Assembly: GCA_904502095.1 (NCBI GenBank)
Contig: CAJGDG010000003.1
Location: 1 to 60,908 of the forward strand
Length of the DNA: 60,908 nt
Direction of reading: 5' to 3'
Source: an uncultured Alphaproteobacteria bacterium
Lineage (GTDB): Bacteria; Pseudomonadota; Alphaproteobacteria; Rs-D84
Each line of letters starts with the position of its first letter. Position 1 is the stretch's first letter. Both the position numbers and the translations under genes were made by a program. Positions 1-8,677 of this stretch are shown one piece after another. Under the pieces are notes generated by a model that had not been told where the DNA came from, did not search any database, and saw only the letters and a program-made list of their open reading frames with translations.

Positions 1-8
1 AAACTATA

Positions 9-118
9 ATGCTCAGAAAATAGCGGGCTTATTCAATATATTCACCGCCCTCCAACCATGTTGGTTGGAGATATTTTCTGCCTTCGCAGGCACTGAGCAT
101 AAACGGGTTTCGACGCCC
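9..118 (-). ncRNA. Leader-RNA motif copy 1 (four-helix junction; candidate riboswitch or attenuator aptamer). Its expression platform and regulated gene lie left of the window.
   Basis: Minus-strand helices: P1 ATGCTCAG/CTGAGCAT (plus coords 93-100 / 9-16), P2 TGCCT-GCGA-AGGCA, P3 CTCCAACCA-ACA-TGGTTGGAG, and P4 around an invariant 15-nt loop GAATATATTGAATAA. The same architecture with compensatory changes occurs at 10446-10551. Confidence 0.55.
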
Positions 119-441
119 AACACAGCAATCGCCATGTCAAAGTATATACTACACCAAAAAATGACAAAAATCAAATGTTCAACAAAACAAGGTGGGGGTA
201 TGGTATTGTTATATGGTATGTAAATAACATGTGCGGGTATGCTGTTGGTATATGTTGGCGTGACAGGTGGTAGGGTATGTGTGGAGCATTAAAGAAATAC
301 CGCCCACAATGGGGCGGTTCTTTACAACGGTTTTTGTGCCAATATTTCGCCAATGCTTATCAGCATATCACACCCCTGCCCTAAAACCCATAGGAGCCTT
401 TTCCAAACAAAAAAATCGTCACATCCGTGACGATTAATTTT

Positions 442-518
442 TGGCACGCCCTACAGGATTCGAACCTGTGACCTGCAGATTAGAAATCTGATGCTCTATC
501 CAGCTGAGCTAAGGGCGC
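442..518 (-). tRNA. tRNA-Arg (anticodon TCT)
   Basis: 77-nt cloverleaf on the minus strand. Acceptor GCGCCCT/AGGGCGT, D-arm GCTCAGCTGG, anticodon loop TTTCTAA, T-arm ACAGG-TTCGAAT-CCTGT, encoded CCA. Confidence 0.9.
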
Positions 519-843
519 ACATGCGCTATATTCTATATTATTTTTTAAAAAATTCAACAAAAACCGTTAAATTAAATCACCCGACACAATTATTTTTATC
601 TGTTAACCCTGGCATCAAACTTTTGCATTTGCTTTTCGAAAAGCGTCCACTCTATTTTTTAGTGATTTTTTCATCGCGCCCTCTTTGTCTGTAATTGTAA
701 TTATATCACAAAACACAACGGTATCCAAACCATCAATCCGCCCATAAAAACAATAAAAAATCAATCTAAATATGTACGGTTAATCGTAAATCTTTTTGTT
801 TATGTGTTGATTTTATTCCAACTCTTGTCGTAAAATATCACGC

Positions 844-3477
844 ATGACAAAAAGGAGAAGTGTGATTATGCAGAATAAAATTATTGGCTTAACAACACGT
901 CAGGCCGAAATTAACCGAAAAAAATATGGTGAAAACAAATTGCCGCGCCCAAAGATGTATTCTGCATGGGATTTCTTTGTCGATGTTTTTCGTGATAAAT
1001 TAAACCTTGTATTACTGTTTATGATGCTGATGTTTTTAGGTCTTGGAATCGCAGGATATGGCAGTATTTATGAGGCTGTTGGTATAGGTGTTGTTTTGTT
1101 TGTTGTTGCCTTTACGACTGTTGTAACTAAATTAAAAACGCAGCGTGGTGCAGATAAGTTATATCGTAAATCATCGATGTTCTCTGCGACTGTTATTCGT
1201 AATGGCGCACCCGTTCGTTTGGACAGCACAATGGTTGTTGTTAATGATGTTGTTAAACTCTGTTCTGGCGAAAAGATATGCGCAGATGGTTATGTAATCT
1301 CGGGCTCTGTTGATGTTAATAATGCAATATTAAATGGCGAAAGTGACGAAGTAAAAAAAACGGCCATTCCATCTGATTATAAATATGATAGTTCTGCACA
1401 AATTAACGCAGATACATACACAGATTCTTACAGTGTGTTTGCAGGTACAACTGTTAAAAGTGGCGAATGTTATATGCGTGTTACACGTGTTGGTGCGAAT
1501 ACAGAAAACGCCAAGATAATGTCTTCGTTGTATTCAATTGGTGATGTTAAAACAACATTGCAAATCCAACTGGATAATTTAGCGTCCTTAATCAGTAAAT
1601 TTGGCTCGATATGCGCATTGGTAATTTTCGGGGTATTACTGACAGTTCGTATTTTGTCTGGTGATGCATCACATGATATGTCGGGCTTGTATGTTGTGTT
1701 CAGTACACTAACGATTGCGCTGACGATATTTGTTGCCGCTGTCCCCGAAGGTTTGCCGTTTATTATTGGTATTATCACAGGACAAAATGTAGAACGTATG
1801 ATACGCTCGAATATATTGGCAAAAAATCCACACAAGATTCCAGAATCTGGAAATATCCAACTGTTATGTACAGATAAAACAGGTACATTAACGTATGGTT
1901 TTATGCAGCCTGTGCATAATTTTACGGGCGCATGTGTTGATATGGGCTTTGATTCTGAAACTGGTGGCGATACAAAACAAATGTTTTTGCAAAATATTGC
2001 ATTAACATGTGATTGTGTATTTGATAAACGTAAAAATGTTATTGGCGGTAATTCAACCAGTCGTGCGCTATTTGAATCGATGAAGTCTGTGTCAAAGCAG
2101 ATTGCAGACATACAGTCATCGTATCCTGTGTCATCTCGGATTGTGTTTAATAGCAAGAATAAGTTTTCTGGTGCGTTATCATCTGTGAATGGTAATCGTG
2201 GTTATTACATGGGCGCACCTGAGGTTATTTTGTCCAAGGCTCGCTTTTATATTGATTCAGATGGTCAGATAAAAAAGATAAATAAAACAAAATTACAGAA
2301 TTTAATTCAGTCAAATGCTCGTCGTGCAATGCGTTTGGTTGCAACGGCGTTTTCGCCTAATTGGCATGACGAAGACACATTACCTGATGATTTAATCTTT
2401 ATATCAATGGTTGCAATGCGTGATAACGTGCGTGATGGTGTCCCAAGTGTGATTGATGCAATGAATAAGTCAGGCGTTCAGGTCATGATGATAACGGGTG
2501 ATAATTTGGATACAGCACGTGCAATTGCCACAGATTGCGGAATAATTACATCAGATTCTGATATTGCGATTACCGCATCTGAATTTGATTCTTGGACTGA
2601 TGCACGTGCTCGTCGTTCTTTGCGTAAAATCAAGGTTGTTGCCCGTGCTGTTCCAGAAACAAAGTTGCGTTTGGTTCGTTTGGCTCAATCTTTGAATTTG
2701 TGCATTGGTATGTGTGGAGATGGTACAAATGATGCACCTGCATTAAAGGGGGCAGATGTTGGGTTTGCGATGGGTGACGGTACAGATGTTTGTAAAGAAG
2801 CAAGTGATATCATCATAACTGATAATAATTTTTTATCGATTGCGAATTGTATTTTACTGGGACGTACATTTGTTCATAATGTTATCAGTTTTTTAAAGTT
2901 CCAATTACCGATAAATTTTGCTTTGGTGATTTTAAGTATCGTCTTTCCAATTGCATTTGGGTTGGATGCATTTACGGCTGTGCAAATATTGTTGATAAAT
3001 ATTGTTATGGACAGTTTAAATTCTTTGGCATTTGGGGGCGAACCGCCATATAATGAATATTTATTAGAACCTGCCCAAGGAAAGTCTGCACCATTATTAT
3101 CTCGTAATGTCATGATGCAAATTACATGGACAACATTTGGATTTTGTTGTGTGTTTGCATTATTGTCTTTGTTGCAGATGCATAATATATTCGATGTCCC
3201 AGGGGCGTATATGTCCGCTCGATTTGCATTATTGGTAATAATGTCTGTTGTGAACGGATTTTGTGTGCGAACCAAAGGATTTTTAGGACTATCAAAAAAT
3301 CCAATGTTTATAGTTGTTGCATGTGGTATTATTGTATGCACAATGTTGGTTGTTACATTTGGTGGTTCTGTATTACAGTTGTCACCATTATCATTAACTC
3401 AGTGGTTGTTAATATTTGGTTTGTCCTTAGTAATAATCCCGATAAACTTTATTCGCGGTATTATTATGAAAAAATAA
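844..3477 (+). CDS. Cation-transporting P-type ATPase (type II, Ca2+/Mg2+-like)
   Basis: 877-aa ORF with the phosphorylation motif CTDKTGTLT, MITGDN, the hinge motif GDGTNDAPALK and multiple TM helices. The start could instead be the ATG at 868. Confidence 0.9.
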   Translation: MTKRRSVIMQNKIIGLTTRQAEINRKKYGENKLPRPKMYSAWDFFVDVFRDKLNLVLLFMMLMFLGLGIAGYGSIYEAVGIGVVLFVVAFTTVVTKLKTQRGADKLYRKSSMFSATVIRNGAPVRLDSTMVVVNDVVKLCSGEKICADGYVISGSVDVNNAILNGESDEVKKTAIPSDYKYDSSAQINADTYTDSYSVFAGTTVKSGECYMRVTRVGANTENAKIMSSLYSIGDVKTTLQIQLDNLASLISKFGSICALVIFGVLLTVRILSGDASHDMSGLYVVFSTLTIALTIFVAAVPEGLPFIIGIITGQNVERMIRSNILAKNPHKIPESGNIQLLCTDKTGTLTYGFMQPVHNFTGACVDMGFDSETGGDTKQMFLQNIALTCDCVFDKRKNVIGGNSTSRALFESMKSVSKQIADIQSSYPVSSRIVFNSKNKFSGALSSVNGNRGYYMGAPEVILSKARFYIDSDGQIKKINKTKLQNLIQSNARRAMRLVATAFSPNWHDEDTLPDDLIFISMVAMRDNVRDGVPSVIDAMNKSGVQVMMITGDNLDTARAIATDCGIITSDSDIAITASEFDSWTDARARRSLRKIKVVARAVPETKLRLVRLAQSLNLCIGMCGDGTNDAPALKGADVGFAMGDGTDVCKEASDIIITDNNFLSIANCILLGRTFVHNVISFLKFQLPINFALVILSIVFPIAFGLDAFTAVQILLINIVMDSLNSLAFGGEPPYNEYLLEPAQGKSAPLLSRNVMMQITWTTFGFCCVFALLSLLQMHNIFDVPGAYMSARFALLVIMSVVNGFCVRTKGFLGLSKNPMFIVVACGIIVCTMLVVTFGGSVLQLSPLSLTQWLLIFGLSLVIIPINFIRGIIMKK

Positions 3478-3482
3478 ATCTA

Positions 3483-3502
3483 CCGCCCATTTGGGCGGTT
3501 TT
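3483..3502 (+). terminator. Intrinsic terminator after the P-type ATPase
   Basis: Hairpin CCGCCCA-TT-TGGGCGG followed by TTTT, 6 nt after the stop codon. Confidence 0.7.
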
Positions 3503-3516
3503 GAATTTTCTGGTCG
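3494..3516. repeat. Direct repeat copy A (GGCGGTTTTGAATTTTCTGGTCG)
   Basis: A 23-nt exact match to 4523-4545. The two copies bracket the ADP-ribosylglycohydrolase gene and lie 1029 bp apart. Confidence 0.85.
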
Positions 3517-3632
3517 TGCTGGGATGACGGTTTGCGAACTGAGATTATACAGATTGGGAGAGAGATAGATAATTTTTCTTAACTTTTTCATAATATGTAT
3601 ATAATAGTCATGTAAGTTTCAGGAGTTCCAAA

Positions 3633-4421
3633 ATGCTTGGTTCTATTATTGGCGATATAGTCGGGTCTCGTTTTGAATTTCATAACATCAAAACCAAGGA
3701 TTTTTCATTGTTTGATGAATCTTGCTGTTTTACAGATGATACTATTTTGACTTGTGCGGTTGCTGAACATTTAATATCAAAACTATCAATCGAAGAAACA
3801 TTGCGTAAATGGGCTTTGAAATATCAAAATCGTACCTACGAAAATGGTGAAATAGGTGCTTTTGGTAAAGGTTTTTTGCAATGGGTTAATACTGGTGTTT
3901 CTATAAATTCTAGTTCTAATGGTTGTGTTATGCGTATAAGTCCGCTTTTGCATATAAAGCACGATCAACAATGTTTATTTAAAAAAGCGGACGAGATTAC
4001 AAAAATTACACATAATCATCCGGAAAGTTTAAATGCAGTTCATGCTTATCTTGAAACAGGTTTTATGATTCAAAATTTAATTCCTATAGACCAAATAAAA
4101 GAAACCATAAGTGATAAATATCAATATAATGTACATCAAAGTTTGGATGAAATCAGACCATTATATAATCGTTTTTATGTGCAATGTAAAAATTCTGTCC
4201 CTCAGGCAATTATTTGTGCACTAGATGCATGTTCTTATGAAGATGCTTTGCGAAACGCTGTGTCCTTGGGTGGTGACTGCGATACTTTGGCATGTATGGC
4301 AGGTGGACTGGCAGAATTAAGATTTAAAATCCCAACTAATATAATCGCAAATGCAAAGAAATACATGGATAAAGATATAAGAAAACTAATAAAAATGTTT
4401 TATAATATGCATGAAAAATGA
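3633..4421 (+). CDS. ADP-ribosylglycohydrolase family protein
   Basis: 262-aa ORF. The N-terminal GSIIGDIVGSRFEF and C-terminal GGDCDTLACMAGGLAE resemble the ARH/DraG-family metal-site motifs. An SD-like AGGAG lies upstream. Confidence 0.75.
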   Translation: MLGSIIGDIVGSRFEFHNIKTKDFSLFDESCCFTDDTILTCAVAEHLISKLSIEETLRKWALKYQNRTYENGEIGAFGKGFLQWVNTGVSINSSSNGCVMRISPLLHIKHDQQCLFKKADEITKITHNHPESLNAVHAYLETGFMIQNLIPIDQIKETISDKYQYNVHQSLDEIRPLYNRFYVQCKNSVPQAIICALDACSYEDALRNAVSLGGDCDTLACMAGGLAELRFKIPTNIIANAKKYMDKDIRKLIKMFYNMHEK

Positions 4422-4504
4422 TATAACGAGTTCGAACAATAGCAAAAAAACATTACTTCCTAAAAACTTAATTCTCGAACTCAGCGAAGATATTTGAAAC
4501 CAAA

Positions 4505-4532
4505 CAAAAAACCGCCTTTAATGGCGGTTTTG
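4505..4532. terminator. Bidirectional hairpin terminator
   Basis: A-run, ACCGCC-TTTAAT-GGCGGT, then a T-run. Confidence 0.55.
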
Positions 4533-4551
4533 AATTTTCTGGTCGGGGCGA
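4523..4551. repeat. Junction repeat B: copy of repeat A fused to a copy of the tRNA-Pro 3' end
   Basis: 4523-4545 matches 3494-3516 exactly. 4538-4551 (TCTGGTCGGGGCGA) matches 4730-4743, which is the 3' acceptor end of tRNA-Pro plus flank. Confidence 0.8.
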
Positions 4552-4685
4552 CAATGAGTAGATTTCGCAAGCAACGCACAGCGAAATTGTCACGAATGCC
4601 CAGCAGCCGACACAACGTGTCGTGCGATGGAAACATTCGAACATTGGTAAATTTTAATTTACCGTTCGAATCCGCAACCCCACCA
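4552..4685 (-). other. Structured orphan segment (possible ncRNA or decayed tmRNA-like/tRNA-like fragment)
   Basis: The minus strand starts GGGGTTGCGGATTCGAACGG, which resembles a tmRNA 5' end. Several hairpins follow: GGTAAAT/ATTTACC, CGAATG/CATTCG, GACAC/GTGTC and ATTTCGC/GCGAAAT. Bidirectional terminators flank it on both sides. Confidence 0.3.
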
Positions 4686-4691
4686 AATAAA

Positions 4692-4722
4692 TAAAAATAC
4701 CGCATTAACTGCGGTATTTTTT
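4692..4722. terminator. Bidirectional hairpin terminator
   Basis: A-run, ATACCGCA-TTAAC-TGCGGTAT, then TTTTTT. Confidence 0.6.
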
Positions 4723-4731
4723 GTTTATATC

Positions 4732-4808
4732 TGGTCGGGGCGAAAGGATTCGAACCTTCGACATCTTGGTCCCAAACCAAGCACTCTACCAGACTGAGCT
4801 ACACCCCG
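4732..4808 (-). tRNA. tRNA-Pro (anticodon TGG)
   Basis: Minus-strand cloverleaf. Acceptor CGGGGTG/CGCCCCG, anticodon stem CTTGG/CCAAG with loop TTTGGGA, T-arm GAAGG-TTCGAAT-CCTTT, encoded CCA. Confidence 0.9.
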
Positions 4809-4904
4809 AAACGAACACCATTATAACAGCATTTTTTTCAAATGCAAATTTTTATTTTAATTTTATGCTTGTGTGATTTGCCGAAGTTTTCTATCATATA
4901 AGTA

Positions 4905-5894
4905 ATGAGGAAGGTTCTGCTGTCTTTTATTATTTTATCAACCTGCGTCAATGGCGCATGGGCGGTCACACGCGATGCCCAGCTAACAAACACAACGCCG
5001 TACAATTACAACTATATGTACCCATATATGAACAATCAAATGCGTACAAATTTAAACCCGGGCGTCACGACATCGCAATCATTGAATCCAATTAATACCG
5101 TTGTGCGCACAGAAAAATTATCTGGCGAACGCCGTGTTGTGCCACGCAAATCGGCGCGCAGCGCAACCACCACCGCATCCGCGAACGGGGGGCGTCGCGT
5201 TGTACAACGCCGCACCGCGACCAGCACCGTTAACCGCGCAATAAACGGCGCAGCTTCGACTGCACGCAGCGGTGTTGCCATGGGCACAACGGGCACACAA
5301 AACAATTCACGAAAACTGGTTGCACGCAGTGGTCGCACAATTAATGCAGCGGTCGCACGCAACGCGTCTGATAAAAACTATACCAGTGCAACGGGCCGTG
5401 TTTCGTCTGCGCGATGCCTGGCGGATTATTCCGAATGTATGGATATGTATTGCGAACGCGAAGACACCGCATACAATCGCTGTTATTGCAGCGCAAAGCT
5501 GTCGCAAATTGACGCAAAGTATCAACCTGATATCAATTCTTTGATTATGCAAATTCAAACAATGAAAAATCAAAATAAATGGTCCGATGCAGAAATGGAC
5601 GAATATTGGATGAATACTGTTGGCAAATACACCAATGGTAACACCTGGGAAAACATAGATACTGCATTAAATAAAATAAACTGGGCCGACTTTGACAGCA
5701 AATTGCGCGGTCAGAACGCATTTAATACAGGCCACGAATATTGCATCCAATATTTACAGGGCTGTTCTTATGCGATAAAGAATTTGCGCGATGCATACCT
5801 GTCTGAAATAACGCGCGATTGCGCCGCATACGAAGAAAATTTGCAATTGATTAAAAGCGCAGCAGAAAGCATTGTCGATTCTTATAAAGAATAA
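4905..5894 (+). CDS. Secreted protein with an Arg/Thr/Ala-rich low-complexity region and a Cys-rich C-terminal domain (paralog of 21775-24792)
   Basis: Signal peptide MRKVLLSFIILSTCVNGAWA. It shares the motif C-x4-C-M-D-x-Y/F-C-x9-R-C-x-C-S with the 1005-aa protein. Confidence 0.7.
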   Translation: MRKVLLSFIILSTCVNGAWAVTRDAQLTNTTPYNYNYMYPYMNNQMRTNLNPGVTTSQSLNPINTVVRTEKLSGERRVVPRKSARSATTTASANGGRRVVQRRTATSTVNRAINGAASTARSGVAMGTTGTQNNSRKLVARSGRTINAAVARNASDKNYTSATGRVSSARCLADYSECMDMYCEREDTAYNRCYCSAKLSQIDAKYQPDINSLIMQIQTMKNQNKWSDAEMDEYWMNTVGKYTNGNTWENIDTALNKINWADFDSKLRGQNAFNTGHEYCIQYLQGCSYAIKNLRDAYLSEITRDCAAYEENLQLIKSAAESIVDSYKE

Positions 5895-5898
5895 ACCC

Positions 5899-6891
5899 TT
5901 AACGCAAATTCACCTGTTCCAAGAATTGTTTTAACGCTTTGTTATCGGTATAAACAGCTTCGGCGTTTATATAGTCTATGGCCCTGTCAAATTCGCGTTT
6001 ATCAAAATTACCGTTTATTGACGCCAAAGACTTTTTCACAGCATTTTCATTATACGCCATGATTTGACGCACCAATTTGCGTCCCCGATATGTCAAACAC
6101 CCATACGCAGACAAAAAAGTTTCACCCCAGTCTATTCTGCGCCCACCACGCAGGTTTCTGGATTCGTTTTCTTTGAGTCTGGTTTCAAACACAGCATTTT
6201 TTTGTTCACGCGCTTCTAACTTATCCTCTTTATCGCCCGCCCATTTACTTAACATATACTGTTCAGAAATCAAAGACGCCATATACACAGGATTGTTATC
6301 TTTTGGCTCGGCCTTGTTTGCTGCAAATGCGGTTGCAATTTCAAACCAAGGTCCATGGTCATACAGTGCCCAATCTGGCGCGTCCTTGTAAAACAATTTT
6401 AATGCATAATGCGCGTTAATTTCAGGAAAAGACATTTTGCACACAAAACCAACCGAGCCCGACCAAGGGTTAAAGCCGTAAACATTTATACCTTTGGATT
6501 CCAACACACATTTCGTACCGAACAAATCACCAACAGATGACACATCATAAACTTTGTCCGCGTTCATTTCACGAATTTCAAACGCATTTGCAATCAAAAA
6601 ATTTTCTAAATTTTCACGGAATTGCGCCGTCACAGATGCTATTTTGTTCTTTGGCAATTGCGCACGTAATTCTGGGGGCAACGCGCCCAAATATGGCAAA
6701 ACATCACAGTTATAAACAGTCTTTTTTAACCGCCCAATATATCGCACCCATTTGTATCGCAACATCCCCGTCAACGCCCTGTGCTTGCAACGCGCTGCTT
6801 TACCGTTATCTATCAAGATTCTATCTGCATCCACCATCACATTAAATATAGTACAAAAACACGACTTGTCAACGCCTGTTATATTTTTCAC
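5899..6891 (-). CDS. Hypothetical protein (330 aa, no recognisable motif)
   Basis: Long uninterrupted ORF that overlaps the end of the upstream small lipoprotein gene. The start is uncertain: GTG at 6891 or ATG at 6837. Confidence 0.55.
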   Translation of the reverse strand: MKNITGVDKSCFCTIFNVMVDADRILIDNGKAARCKHRALTGMLRYKWVRYIGRLKKTVYNCDVLPYLGALPPELRAQLPKNKIASVTAQFRENLENFLIANAFEIREMNADKVYDVSSVGDLFGTKCVLESKGINVYGFNPWSGSVGFVCKMSFPEINAHYALKLFYKDAPDWALYDHGPWFEIATAFAANKAEPKDNNPVYMASLISEQYMLSKWAGDKEDKLEAREQKNAVFETRLKENESRNLRGGRRIDWGETFLSAYGCLTYRGRKLVRQIMAYNENAVKKSLASINGNFDKREFDRAIDYINAEAVYTDNKALKQFLEQVNLR

Positions 6892-7069
6892 AAAATTCGT
6901 TATGACTGTATATATTACGCGCTAAATCATCGCTGATAACATCCCAATCAGCGGCGCGACCATATATTTTTTGACATACAAATGGTGCGCACACATCATT
7001 CAGCGATTGTGTATTTTTCGCGCAGGACGCGACGAATATCGCCACCCCTGCTATTAAACAATGTTTCAT
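6869..7069 (-). CDS. Small lipoprotein (o-spanin-like geometry)
   Basis: MKHCLIAGVAIFVASC lipobox and a GGGGGA SD 7 nt upstream. The start is embedded in the 3' end of the 6996-7226 gene. Confidence 0.5.
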   Translation of the reverse strand: MKHCLIAGVAIFVASCAKNTQSLNDVCAPFVCQKIYGRAADWDVISDDLARNIYSHNEFCEKYNRR

Positions 7070-7226
7070 GAACTTCCCCCTGTATTTTAATAACATTTGC
7101 CTGTTGTTGCGTTATATTTTCATTAAATTGAACGCGACACTTTTGTCGCCCATTGTTGTATCCAGAATAATAAATGCCAAAAACAAAAACGGCGGTCACC
7201 GCCGCCAAAAACAAATAAAGTTTCAT
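6996..7226 (-). CDS. Small N-terminally anchored membrane protein (i-spanin-like geometry)
   Basis: 76 aa. N-terminal TM helix LYLFLAAVTAVFVFGIYY followed by a polar, Q-rich segment. Confidence 0.5.
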   Translation of the reverse strand: MKLYLFLAAVTAVFVFGIYYSGYNNGRQKCRVQFNENITQQQANVIKIQGEVHETLFNSRGGDIRRVLREKYTIAE

Positions 7227-7241
7227 AATGTTTTCCCTACT

Positions 7242-7270
7242 AAAAAACGCCCGACCGGGCGTTTTTTTTT
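7242..7270. terminator. Bidirectional terminator downstream of rho
   Basis: A6-ACGCCC-GACC-GGGCGT-T9. Confidence 0.7.
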
Positions 7271-8537
7271 ACTGATTCATTGACGAAAAGAAATCGTCAT
7301 TAGTTTTCGTTAAACGCAATTTATCCAACAAGAATTCCATTGCTTCTAATGTTCCCATCGGATTAATAATGCGGCGCAAGACATACATCTTTGACAATAT
7401 GTCTTTACCAACCAGCAAGTCTTCTTTACGCGTACCAGACTTTGTAATATCAATCGCAGGATACACGCGTTTATCAGACAATTTTCTATCCAAAATAATT
7501 TCACTGTTGCCGGTACCCTTAAATTCTTCAAAGATAACTTCGTCCATCTTTGAACCCGTATCAACCAATGCTGTCGCAATAATAGTCAGCGAACCACCAC
7601 CTTCGATATTACGCGCGGCACCAAAGAAACGCTTTGGACGCTGCAACGCATACGCATCGACACCACCGGTCAAAACTTTACCACTGGATGGAACGCATGT
7701 GTTATACGCACGCCCCAAACGGGTGATTGAATCCAACAAGATAACAACATCTTGCCCGGCTTCGACCAAACGCTTGGCCTTTTCGATAACCATTTCTGCA
7801 ACCTGAATATGACGTGCCGCAGGTTCATCAAATGTAGACGAAATAACTTCGCCCTTGACGCTGCGTTGCATATCAGTCACTTCTTCTGGGCGTTCATCAA
7901 TCAACAACACAATCAACTTAACATCAGGATAATTTGTTGCGATACTGTGCGCAATATTTTGCAGCATAACAGTTTTACCTGTACGCGGTGGCGCAACAAT
8001 CAGCGAACGTTGCCCCTTACCTGTTGGCGAAATCAAATCGATAACGCGTGCAGACAAATTGCGTCCTTTGTCTTTATCGTCAACAACTTCCATTTTCAGT
8101 TGTTCATCTGGATACAGCGGTGTCATATCATCAAAAGACACACGATGTTTTAACTTTTCAGGATTATCGCCATTAACACGTTCGATTGTTTCCAATGCAA
8201 AATAGCGTTCAGATTCATTTTGTGGCGCCTGGATTTGACCTTCGACATAATCACCTGTCTTTAATCCATATTTTTTAATCAAGTTTGGCGACACATACAA
8301 ATCATCTGGCCCCGCCAAATAATTAGATTCAGGCGCGCGCAAGAAACCAAAACCATCCTGCATACGCTCTAACACACCATCGCCAATCAATGTGACCTTT
8401 TTATCGGCCGCAAACGCGCGCATAACACCAAAGCGCAACTGTTGCACATTTAATTGCGAAGGGTTTTCAATTCCCATATCTTCTGCCATTTTCAGCAGCT
8501 GCTGAGGCGACTTTGCCTTTAATTCATTAATATGCAT
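7269..8537 (-). CDS. rho: Transcription termination factor Rho
   Basis: Near-colinear with E. coli Rho as I recall it: [23 protein letters not shown], Walker [22 protein letters not shown], and the C-terminal TKTNDDFF. The start is taken as MHINELK. Confidence 0.95.
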   Translation of the reverse strand: MHINELKAKSPQQLLKMAEDMGIENPSQLNVQQLRFGVMRAFAADKKVTLIGDGVLERMQDGFGFLRAPESNYLAGPDDLYVSPNLIKKYGLKTGDYVEGQIQAPQNESERYFALETIERVNGDNPEKLKHRVSFDDMTPLYPDEQLKMEVVDDKDKGRNLSARVIDLISPTGKGQRSLIVAPPRTGKTVMLQNIAHSIATNYPDVKLIVLLIDERPEEVTDMQRSVKGEVISSTFDEPAARHIQVAEMVIEKAKRLVEAGQDVVILLDSITRLGRAYNTCVPSSGKVLTGGVDAYALQRPKRFFGAARNIEGGGSLTIIATALVDTGSKMDEVIFEEFKGTGNSEIILDRKLSDKRVYPAIDITKSGTRKEDLLVGKDILSKMYVLRRIINPMGTLEAMEFLLDKLRLTKTNDDFFSSMNQ

Positions 8538-8641
8538 AAAAAATCCTTTGTTGTGGAAATCGGGTTGTGGAATCACACCCTGTGATACCTTGTATATTAC
8601 ACCAAACAGACCAAAAAGTCAAGTATTTTCAATCGCCAAAC

Positions 8642-8662
8642 AAAAACCGCCCAATCGGGCGG
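8642..8662 (-). terminator. Terminator of the 10383-8678 operon
   Basis: Minus strand reads CCGCCC-GATT-GGGCGG followed by TTTTT. Confidence 0.7.
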
Positions 8663-8677
8663 TTCGTTTTGATACCA

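Noticed and set aside
1470-2156. 228-aa minus-strand ORF inside the P-type ATPase gene. Similar antisense ORFs lie at 2874-3341, 12717-13398, 14485-14850, 16012-16443, 35275-36702 and elsewhere.
   Set aside because: They lie entirely antisense to long, motif-supported genes. They have low-complexity or odd composition and no RBS or motifs, so they look like shadow ORFs.
4539-4685. A complete, functional tmRNA (ssrA) gene.
   Set aside because: Only the 5' roughly 20 nt look tmRNA-like. No tag frame ends in a hydrophobic LAA/VAA-type terminus with a stop. No 3' partner gives a G3:U70 acceptor stem. The segment is far shorter than any tmRNA. I kept it only as a low-confidence fragment or ncRNA.
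4481-4780. 99-aa minus-strand ORF (with a 66-aa plus-strand ORF at 4494-4694).
   Set aside because: It reads straight through tRNA-Pro, two terminator hairpins and the repeat junction, so the region is better explained as RNA and repeat sequence.
5036-5573. Several 60-108-aa ORFs on both strands in the GC-rich stretch of 4905-5894.
   Set aside because: They are artefacts of the locally GC-rich, Arg-codon-rich region, which has few stop codons in any frame.
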